Source: Silvanigrellaceae bacterium (GTDB taxonomy: Bacteria; Bdellovibrionota_B; Oligoflexia; Silvanigrellales; Silvanigrellaceae). Taken from it: a stretch of 49,016 nucleotides of DNA. The stretch's first letter is position 1; every line of letters starts with the position of its first letter. Below are positions 1-7,164 of the stretch, one piece after another. Under the pieces are notes generated by a model that was not told the DNA's origin, did no database searches, and saw only the letters and a list, made by a program, of their open reading frames with translations. The stretch lies in contig JBMSQQ010000013.1 in NCBI GenBank assembly GCA_049423385.1, positions 1 to 49,016 of the forward strand, given 5' to 3'. Made by a program: the position numbers and the translations under genes.

Positions 1-36
1 ACTCACAACTTTCACAAAAAATGACGGCTGATTCAT
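1..36 (-). CDS. 5' end of a gene downstream of the MotA-like gene (partial, runs off the window; MNQPSFFVKVVS...)
   Basis: ATG at 36-34 preceded by a GGAGG SD (46-50), 15 nt after the MotA-like stop; frame open to the window edge. Confidence 0.55.
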   Translation of the reverse strand, partial: MNQPSFFVKVVS

Positions 37-51
37 GTGCGTCAACCTCCG

Positions 52-870
52 TCACGACGCACGCGAGTGCGGCGGGACGTTTGATTCGCTGCCCTGTCCC
101 GCAACAGATGTATGTTTCTGGGCTCCTCCGGGTGCTGAATAAGTGCTGAGGACATCACGGAGGTGAGCCTGCGATTTCTTTTCTTTGAGCAGCAAAATAC
201 CTTCCAGAATCATGAGATCGAGCTGCAGGTTTTTTTCAGCATAAATCGCAATTTTCTCTGAAATCGGAGTGTAGACGACGGTGCCAAGAACCAAGCCATA
301 CAGGGTTGTGAGAAGGGCAATGGCCATGGATGGCCCCAGTTTGGCTGGCTCAGACATGTGCGACAACATCTGCACAAGACCGACGATTGTTCCAAGCAGA
401 CCCATTCCTGGGCAAAGTTTCCCAAGATTTTCGAACAAATTCACGGCATGGCTGAATTGGGTTTGCTTGCCGTTGATCTTGGCAGTCAGATTGTGGCGAA
501 TTTCATCCGGAGTAAAACTCGAGAGAATCAAGGTCACTCCATCGCGAAACAGCTGGTTTTTGAGTTGAGGCTTGTATTTCGCAAGAACACCAATGCCCTC
601 TGTCCGCACCGCGTAACTCAATGTCGAGAGCTGATTGGAAATTTGGTTCATTTCTTTTCTTTGATTCAAAAAAGCCATGGTCAAAATGGTTCTCAAACCC
701 GCAAAGAAATCAAGAAAACTATGCGACATCAGCATCACCGAAATCGGCGCAACACCCAACAAGACTGCAGAGGATGGCTCCCAAAATCCTTGAAAATTTT
801 TTCCACCATGAAAAATCATGTACCAAAGTGAAAAGGCAAATCCCGAAATTCCAACAAGCAGGCTGATCAT
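52..870 (-). CDS. motA: MotA/PomA-family (MotA/TolQ/ExbB) ion-channel stator subunit
   Basis: Four TM segments; PGMGLLGTIVGLVQML and LGPSMAIALLTTLYG match MotA/PomA TM3/TM4 signatures. Confidence 0.85.
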   Translation of the reverse strand: MISLLVGISGFAFSLWYMIFHGGKNFQGFWEPSSAVLLGVAPISVMLMSHSFLDFFAGLRTILTMAFLNQRKEMNQISNQLSTLSYAVRTEGIGVLAKYKPQLKNQLFRDGVTLILSSFTPDEIRHNLTAKINGKQTQFSHAVNLFENLGKLCPGMGLLGTIVGLVQMLSHMSEPAKLGPSMAIALLTTLYGLVLGTVVYTPISEKIAIYAEKNLQLDLMILEGILLLKEKKSQAHLRDVLSTYSAPGGAQKHTSVAGQGSESNVPPHSRAS

Positions 871-1661
871 GGGGCTCCCCCTTCTTGTGGTTTCAAGGGT
901 CGAAGTACAGCGCCGGATTTTTTCTGTCTGAGTGACTCTCTTTCACGAACAAGTCTTCGCAGCTGCTCAATTTGCGCCAGCAGCTTTTGGCTGGGATCAA
1001 TATCGAATGACTTTTCATATGCCGAAAGTGACAAGTCTGTTTGACTCAGGCGCAAATGCAAGGTTCCCTTCATCATCCAAAGCACGGCTGAACGAGGATA
1101 GTGCAACAGAAGTTCATTCGCTTCGACCAGGGCTTCCTCATATCTCTTGCTCTGAAACAGCTCCCGAATTCTTTTGGTCGACATGACAAAACTTGGCGAC
1201 ATCTGCTTGCTCTCATCCTCGGTGACTTCAAGAACACGATCGAAGTCTCCAAGTTTCCGTTCGAACTCACCCGCGCCCGACGATGCAGCGATTTCTGCAT
1301 CGGTTCTCTGAAGCCGTGCCCGCTCACGGGATTGAGCCATCGGGTCTCCGGTCACATCACCTGGTTGAAGTCCGAAAGCTGCGGCAGGCAACTTCAGTTC
1401 ACCCGAGTTTGAAGAAATACGCTCGGATGAAAGGATATTTTCGATTCCATCTCGACCCGGCTGGGGATCAGTGTTTGAACCTCCTGAAGGCGGAGCAATT
1501 CGGAATTCGGCCGGGTTGTTGCTTTTCATGGGACGTGTTTGCGATTGACGCGAATTTTCAACCGCGTTTGCACCACTCGTTGTGCAAGCAACGCTGCAAA
1601 ACAGAAAAATAGCGGCAGGTAAATTAGAAATGGAGGCCGAAGGCGAAATCCGCACCCACAC
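867..1661 (-). CDS. TPR-containing putative lipoprotein
   Basis: Lipobox-like FCSVAC, low-complexity linker, C-terminal TPR pattern (YEEALVEANELLLHYPRSAVLWMMKGTLHLRL...AYEKSFDIDP); 4-nt overlap with motA. Confidence 0.7.
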   Translation of the reverse strand: MWVRISPSASISNLPAAIFLFCSVACTTSGANAVENSRQSQTRPMKSNNPAEFRIAPPSGGSNTDPQPGRDGIENILSSERISSNSGELKLPAAAFGLQPGDVTGDPMAQSRERARLQRTDAEIAASSGAGEFERKLGDFDRVLEVTEDESKQMSPSFVMSTKRIRELFQSKRYEEALVEANELLLHYPRSAVLWMMKGTLHLRLSQTDLSLSAYEKSFDIDPSQKLLAQIEQLRRLVRERESLRQKKSGAVLRPLKPQEGGAP

Positions 1662-2808
1662 CTCCCGGAGTCGTGTATTTATATTTGTTTCTGATGCTTA
1701 TTGTTGTTGGCAAGCTGTAGGCAATCGCCGCATCGAGCGTGAATCGCTGCCCGAGACGCAAAGTTCCACCGCTGCGAAGAGAGAAGCAGGCATATCCCTT
1801 TGAAACAATCGTTCCCGCGCCAAATTCGGCGCCCCAAACCGCGCCATCGCCGACAGCAGCTTCATCATTGAAAAGGTGGCCGTAAAGGGCAAACAATCCC
1901 AGCGCCTTGCTGAACGGAAGAATCACTTCCTTGCTTGTACCGTCCACAATCTCCGCACTCGCGGCAGGATCTCCCGAAATCTCGGGATAGTCAGAAATGA
2001 TGACAGATGGTGCGACAATAGCACTCAGACGTGTTCCGACCTCGTCTCGCCCCAGATTGAAACGTTCTGCAAATTTGAAGTTGAGTCCGATCATGTTTGC
2101 GCTGGTTTTCACGTTCGGAACCAGCTGCCAACCGAGGGTCGTGGAAAAAGAGTACTTGGATTTCTTCGCACTGTCGTCAGCGAACTTTTGCCTCTCTTCC
2201 GTTTCCTTTGCCTCGGCCTTTTGTTTGTAGATATTCTCGGTGTTGTATAGCTTCGTCCAGAGCATTTCCTTGGATTTTGAATCGAAGACATGAAATCCAA
2301 GCACCATGCTCGTTTCCTGATACAGGAGCGTGACATCAACCCAGGCATCAACTCCCAATTGTGAAGCAATCGAATCCAGCTCTTGAGGATTGTTGATTGG
2401 TGTTGTCATCACCAGGCGACCATTCTCAACAACAGTCCGCCTGACTCGACAATTCATGCATTGCAACACCTTGGTGCCGCTGTGCTTGCGAAAGGAATCG
2501 GCGATTTGAGTTTCAAGGTAACTTTCGTAGGTTCTTGGTATTCCCTCGCCAAGGGCAACCCGGCGAATCGAAACAGTTCGAAGGGTGTTCAGTGCCTTTG
2601 CGCGCAAATCAAAGGAAAATTCATTGACGAGATCCTGAAGAACCTCATTGAATGATTTCACTTGCCCTTGTTCAACCGCGGGCTGAGTCGCGGGCGCGGC
2701 GATAGCGTTCTCATTCGCAATCGCAAAACAGTGCACAAACAATGCTGCGACAAAGGCACAGCCCTTGGCCGTATTTTGCAGATGCACATTTCGTCGCACT
2801 TTGGACAT
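1624..2808 (-). CDS. Exported protein: CsgG/TolB_N-like alpha/beta domain plus C-terminal outer-membrane beta-barrel-like region
   Basis: Signal peptide; LDSIASQLGVDAW...VFDSKSKEMLW pattern; amphipathic strands ending in FAFGLHF with terminal Phe. Confidence 0.6.
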   Translation of the reverse strand: MSKVRRNVHLQNTAKGCAFVAALFVHCFAIANENAIAAPATQPAVEQGQVKSFNEVLQDLVNEFSFDLRAKALNTLRTVSIRRVALGEGIPRTYESYLETQIADSFRKHSGTKVLQCMNCRVRRTVVENGRLVMTTPINNPQELDSIASQLGVDAWVDVTLLYQETSMVLGFHVFDSKSKEMLWTKLYNTENIYKQKAEAKETEERQKFADDSAKKSKYSFSTTLGWQLVPNVKTSANMIGLNFKFAERFNLGRDEVGTRLSAIVAPSVIISDYPEISGDPAASAEIVDGTSKEVILPFSKALGLFALYGHLFNDEAAVGDGAVWGAEFGAGTIVSKGYACFSLRSGGTLRLGQRFTLDAAIAYSLPTTISIRNKYKYTTPGGVGADFAFGLHF

Positions 2809-2809
2809 G

Positions 2810-2842
2810 AAAAAACCCCACCTTCAGACCCGGTGGGGTTTT
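2810..2842 (-). terminator. Intrinsic terminator-like hairpin abutting the start codon of 1624..2808
   Basis: Perfect 11-bp inverted repeat AAAACCCCACC/GGTGGGGTTTT with a U6 tract on the minus strand. Confidence 0.65.
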
Positions 2843-2906
2843 CGGAATTGCCATCACGAAGGGGTCCTGCAGTTTTTTCCTCCTGCACAATCCGGTGACG
2901 GTTGAT

Positions 2907-3548
2907 TCAAAGCGAATAAGTCAGCTTTGCAAGTGACTCTTTGCCGGTCGCAACAACAAGTTCCCAGGACTTGCGTGCTTCGTCACCCTGGAACTCTTCA
3001 TCGTAGGTTTCCAAAAGGTCCTGAATGCCTTCCGCATCTTCAAGCAGGCTGAGTGCATTCACCGCGGATCTAAAATAGCGGGCAGCTTCATTTGGATGAC
3101 GCTTGACCTTCAGACTCAAGCGACCCATTTCCTCGTACCACTGCGCCTTCTCTTCTGGAGTCGCCACTTCACCTGTCTCGCCCAGCATGTAGATGTAGGT
3201 GTTCAGTGCGCGTGTGTTGTCCTTGGAGGCCATCAGTTCAGAAATCTTGGGCAACAAGGTTTGAATCGTCTTGCGCGCCTTGGCCTGCTCCTTGCGTTTG
3301 TCTTCGAGACTTTCAGAAGCATGCTTTTCGAGAATGCGCTCGCAATGTGCGCGCAGCAATCGCAAATCTTCAGGCAGAACCTGATCGCGTTCCGTTTCCA
3401 GTGTCGGATTGATTTGTCGGAACAATGTCAGAAGTTCGGAAGGCGACACATGAAGGTATCCGGCGAGAATTTGTATAGCCCATGGGCGATCGTCTGGCCA
3501 AATTCGCTCTGCACGTTCCATCTGCCGAATCAACTCATGCATATCCAT
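2907..3548 (-). CDS. Hypothetical helical protein: IF2_N-like N-terminus plus TPR/SNAP-like repeats
   Basis: 213-aa ORF with GAGGAG SD; WYEEMGRLSL...EAARYFRSAV is TPR-like. Confidence 0.75.
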   Translation of the reverse strand: MDMHELIRQMERAERIWPDDRPWAIQILAGYLHVSPSELLTLFRQINPTLETERDQVLPEDLRLLRAHCERILEKHASESLEDKRKEQAKARKTIQTLLPKISELMASKDNTRALNTYIYMLGETGEVATPEEKAQWYEEMGRLSLKVKRHPNEAARYFRSAVNALSLLEDAEGIQDLLETYDEEFQGDEARKSWELVVATGKESLAKLTYSL

Positions 3549-3668
3549 GTGCTCTCCTCAGTCTGCGCTTCAGTACGCACGTCTGGTACACCTCTCAAAG
3601 AGGAGTACCGGACCATCACAGGTTTTTCAGTACCCTCTTCATTCTACGACCGGAGCTCTGGGTCAAGA

Positions 3669-4436
3669 TCAATTTTCAGACCCTGACAAATTCTTTCGAA
3701 GTCGCAGTAAATACCTGACTAAAGAATAGCAGAGCAGACAGAGGACAACCAGCCAGAACGCGGAAAGCAGGCCTTGATTCAAAAAACTGACTGGCTGACT
3801 TGACAGCCACGTCCGCTCCGCATTAAAAGTTTCACCCAATTTCTGAAAATCCCCATTCCGATAGCCTTCCTTGAGTTCCCGACGCAGGCTCTTCCAGAAG
3901 AGTTCAAATCCAGGCGTGGAGAATTCAACAACCCCGTTCTGGTACGCCAACAACTGCCCTCCACGGTCGAGCAAGTAGAAGGCAGGCTGAGCCACGACTG
4001 CCAATCGTTCGTTCAAGACTCCTTGGGAATCCCACACGAGCCCCGGAATATTTTTGAATCCCGAATCCTTGAACTCCTGAACAACCTCAGGGAGGGTGGG
4101 CCAATCACTGACCACGACTCGAGCGCAGACTTTTGGAGCAGGTTGCTCCCCGGGACTGTCCCAGGAATTCATCAATCTTTCGACTGCGCGCGCCCCAGGT
4201 CGACAATTTTCGCAGTCGGGAAGCGTGAAATAGAGAAGGGTGATATCTGCGGGCAGTCCCAGCCGCTGATCGCAAAAAAGCGGCTCGGCTGGTCGCCCGG
4301 CCTCATCCTCCAGAGACGACACCACAGGAAACTGAAAATTTGGAATCACAACATTTGAATCGAGCGTATGGAGTCCAGCTCTCTGTGCGAGGGTTGCCAA
4401 GCTGTTCATTTCAATACCGTCTCCAAAATGAGACAC
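3669..4436 (-). CDS. Thioredoxin-fold (TlpA/redoxin-like) protein with C-terminal membrane anchor
   Basis: LLYFTLPDCENC (CxxC), QPAFYLLDRGG cis-Pro motif, hydrophobic C-terminal helix. Confidence 0.75.
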   Translation of the reverse strand: MSHFGDGIEMNSLATLAQRAGLHTLDSNVVIPNFQFPVVSSLEDEAGRPAEPLFCDQRLGLPADITLLYFTLPDCENCRPGARAVERLMNSWDSPGEQPAPKVCARVVVSDWPTLPEVVQEFKDSGFKNIPGLVWDSQGVLNERLAVVAQPAFYLLDRGGQLLAYQNGVVEFSTPGFELFWKSLRRELKEGYRNGDFQKLGETFNAERTWLSSQPVSFLNQGLLSAFWLVVLCLLCYSLVRYLLRLRKNLSGSEN

Positions 4437-4526
4437 TCACTACCTCTTCCGTGCGAAGAAGAGACACCCCAGGAGGTCTTGATGGGTTCGAAATGCCAAT
4501 TTGATGGAAAGCGAGGGGAAAGTAAA

Positions 4527-4543
4527 TTGGCATGAGTCTTGCT
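4527..4543 (+). promoter_or_regulatory. Sigma54 (-24/-12) promoter
   Basis: TTGGCATGAGTCTTGCT matches TGGCAC-N5-TTGC(A/T) with exact spacing, 47 nt upstream of the ATG at 4591. Confidence 0.75.
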
Positions 4544-4590
4544 TCAGGAGTTCGAAACCAAAAGGACGTCGACGAAAGGGAGGAAACTCA

Positions 4591-4836
4591 ATGGAATCAA
4601 TTTCGAATACTCTTGCAGCTCTCAATCCCCAGGCCTCGCAACCCATCAACAACAAGTCTCTTGCTGAAAGCATTTTCCGCGACCTGAGACGTCATGGCTT
4701 GAAGGACAAGGACATTGTGAGTCTGTCCTCGGAGCTGATTGCCCAACTCACAAACGACATAAAACTCCGCGCTGAAAAGATTCACGCAACAGAGTCTCCA
4801 ACCAACACCCCCGAGAAGCTGACCCGCACCCGTTAA
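4591..4836 (+). CDS. Small hypothetical protein (81 aa)
   Basis: GGGAGGA SD before ATG 4591; amphipathic core LAESIFRDLRRHGLKDKDIVSLSSELIAQLT. Confidence 0.7.
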   Translation: MESISNTLAALNPQASQPINNKSLAESIFRDLRRHGLKDKDIVSLSSELIAQLTNDIKLRAEKIHATESPTNTPEKLTRTR

Positions 4837-4883
4837 TTGCCCTCCGTTCGCTTCCCCGGTTCATTCAAATTTCTTTTCGCGAC

Positions 4884-4910
4884 AAAAAAAAACCCGCCCA
4901 ATGGGCGGGT
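4884..4910 (-). terminator. Intrinsic terminator of the histone-like gene
   Basis: ACCCGCCCA/TGGGCGGGT inverted repeat followed by a long U tract on the minus strand. Confidence 0.85.
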
Positions 4911-4937
4911 CGCATTTTAGGCTCGTAGCCTGAGGTC

Positions 4938-5348
4938 TCAGCCAGCCTTGTGAAGGGGCGTAACCTTGGCAACAACCTTGCGAGCCTTGCGAGCTGCAGG
5001 CTTCTTGGCCTTCTTTGCAGGCGCCTTCTTAGCCTTCGCCTTCTTGGCAGGCTTTTTCTTGGCAGCTGGCTTCTTGGCCGTTGCCTTCTTAGCCTTGCGC
5101 TTAGCTGGCTTCTTTGCAGCAGCCTTCTTTGCGGTAGCTTTCTTAGCCTTGCGCTTTGCTGGCTTCTTGGCAGCTGGCTTCTTGGCCGTTGCCTTCTTGG
5201 CCTTGCGCTTAGCTGGCTTCTTGGCCTTGGCAGCTACTTTCTTCTTGGCCTTGCCGCCCACTTTTTTCTTAGCAGCGCGAGCGGTCTTCTTCTTCTTTGC
5301 ACGCTTTGGTTTTGCGTGCGATACTTCAGCTTTAGTTTCAACTGTCAT
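4938..5348 (-). CDS. Histone H1-like Lys/Ala/Pro-rich DNA-binding protein (HctB/AlgP-like composition)
   Basis: 136 aa dominated by K/A/P (KKPAK repeats); AAGGGA SD; downstream terminator. Confidence 0.85.
   Translation of the reverse strand: MTVETKAEVSHAKPKRAKKKKTARAAKKKVGGKAKKKVAAKAKKPAKRKAKKATAKKPAAKKPAKRKAKKATAKKAAAKKPAKRKAKKATAKKPAAKKKPAKKAKAKKAPAKKAKKPAARKARKVVAKVTPLHKAG
5061..5222 (-). repeat. Three imperfect 54-bp tandem repeats encoding KKPAKRKAKKATAKK(P/A)AA
   Basis: Visible in the translation, residues 43-96. Confidence 0.85.
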
Positions 5349-5664
5349 TTAGACGTTCCCTTCTTCAGACTGCGACGCTCGGAGACAAAGCTGTGTCCCC
5401 ACGCCTGAATTGTGAAACCAATTCACTCTTCCGCTACGTCTCCCGACGTGACAACTTGCAGCGTCTTCCCGACGCACAGCACCGCACAATTATGCGATAC
5501 CAATTCTTCGTCATGTCCCACTATAACTTGAGTCTAAGTTCAGCTTTTTTTAGCACGTCACTTTTTTGGAGCTTCTGGTGAACTTTTTGACACAACACAC
5601 AACTTTTTCACCTCTGCTGACACAGTTCGGATCTCAAAGTTTTGAGCTTCAGACAAGAACAAGT

Positions 5665-6219
5665 ATGAATTCTTTAAACTCATCGGGCAGCTCAATTCCA
5701 ACTTTGCTGATCATCGCATTGGTCTCCTTCGTCCTCATCCTATTCCTTATGGCAACCCTGTGGCCTCGGGAAAAGTCCGACTCCATGCATTCTCGGCAGA
5801 GACAGTTTGGACGGGTTGATGGACTCTTCTTTCGGGTTCAAGGCGCACTCCTGAACAACGAAGATGCCGATCGATACCTCTCGGGTCAGCTTTCAAATCC
5901 CGCTTTGCTGCAAGGTTTGTTGATGATGAATACTCAAGCCCTGACGTTGGTGTCATTGAGTGTTGGTGGATGCGCCCTGGTCTCGCCTGCCCCCCTGAAA
6001 AAGGGAGCTCTGCTGCTCATACAGCTTGGCTCGCTTCCAGATTTTCCCCAAGATAATCTTATCGTTGCATGCAAAGTTGTTTGGTCCAGAAGAGACAAAG
6101 GCAAGCAGGGCGGGATCGAAAGCTCGGGTTGCAAATTCGTTTTTCCGGAAGGCTTCACCATCCCTGACGAACCGCTCAAGAACTACATCACATTTCTTAT
6201 GGATGAACCCGTGAGCTGA
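5665..6219 (+). CDS. Membrane-anchored PilZ-domain protein
   Basis: N-terminal TM helix, RQFGR (RxxxR), SLSVGG (degenerate D/NxSxxG), CKVVW...GCKF strands; start taken as ATG 5665. Confidence 0.7.
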   Translation: MNSLNSSGSSIPTLLIIALVSFVLILFLMATLWPREKSDSMHSRQRQFGRVDGLFFRVQGALLNNEDADRYLSGQLSNPALLQGLLMMNTQALTLVSLSVGGCALVSPAPLKKGALLLIQLGSLPDFPQDNLIVACKVVWSRRDKGKQGGIESSGCKFVFPEGFTIPDEPLKNYITFLMDEPVS

Positions 6220-6228
6220 AAGGCCCGC

Positions 6229-7164
6229 ATGCAGTCGCACTTCAATCTGCCGGATGGACAAAGTCAATTCTGCGCGCTCTTTGGAAAAGAACTTGGACGC
6301 TCACCCTCGCCGGCAACCCATACTGCGTGGGCCCGGGCTGCAGGACTCAATTTGCAATACTCCGCATTGCAGACACAGAACGAAGGTGAATTTCATGCTC
6401 TGGTGGACGGCCTCCGCGGTTCTTTGAATTTTCGAGGTGGCAACATCACCAACCCATTCAAGACAACGGCAATGCGGCTGGACTCCGTTGGTATCGATAC
6501 TTCAGCATTCCGCTGCGGAGCTGCCAATACGCTTTATCGCGTCGGCGAAACCGCAGGCCATGGCTGGCGGATCGCAAACACCGACCTCTATGGTTGCTCG
6601 GAATCCCTGAAAAAAATTTTAGAGGAAATTGCGGTTGAATCTCGCTCCCTCAAGGTTGTGATCCTTGGAACCGGCGCGATGATGAGAACTTGCGTTTGCG
6701 CTTTGGAAGACCTGCCCGGATTCTTGAATACAATTGAAACCATTCTGATTTTGGGACGATGCAATGCCTTCGATGTCAACTTCAGGTCGGTGTCCGTGCC
6801 CCAGAAAAAACTTGATCTGAAGTACGCTCACTTCAACGAAGTCATCCACATTGGGGAAAAATCTTCAAACTCCAAGGCACATCAGCACCTCATCTGTATC
6901 AACACACTTCCCTCTGGCACTTCATCAGAGGCCAATGCCTTGGCCGAGCTGAGCCTCACGAAACTCGGTCTTCAGATGCAGTGGACAAGCAAGCATCTGT
7001 TTTGTGTCGGTTACGGCGACCTGCGATTGCATCGCTGGGCTGAGCAGAAAGGTTGGCAAGTTGTAAATGGAGACCTTTTGTTTGAAATCCAGGCTCGGGC
7101 CAGCTTCAAACTTTGGACGGGCGTCGAAGCGCCCAGTCTTCCAACCGCTCTGCAGCCGACCTGA
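6229..7164 (+). CDS. aroE: Shikimate dehydrogenase family protein (divergent)
   Basis: SPSPATH, GGNITNPFK, GAANT, NTDLYG, Rossmann ILGTG, GDLLFEIQARASFKLWTG. Confidence 0.85.
   Translation: MQSHFNLPDGQSQFCALFGKELGRSPSPATHTAWARAAGLNLQYSALQTQNEGEFHALVDGLRGSLNFRGGNITNPFKTTAMRLDSVGIDTSAFRCGAANTLYRVGETAGHGWRIANTDLYGCSESLKKILEEIAVESRSLKVVILGTGAMMRTCVCALEDLPGFLNTIETILILGRCNAFDVNFRSVSVPQKKLDLKYAHFNEVIHIGEKSSNSKAHQHLICINTLPSGTSSEANALAELSLTKLGLQMQWTSKHLFCVGYGDLRLHRWAEQKGWQVVNGDLLFEIQARASFKLWTGVEAPSLPTALQPT

Noticed and set aside
4440..4673. 77-aa minus ORF in frame with the redoxin gene (possible readthrough)
   Set aside because: Two consecutive stops separate them, and it overlaps the better-supported sigma54-driven plus-strand gene
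4950..5408. Plus-strand hydrophobic Leu/Phe/Ala-rich ORFs (4950..5408 and 4966..5352)
   Set aside because: Antisense shadows of the Lys/Ala repeat gene; the SD and terminator support the minus strand
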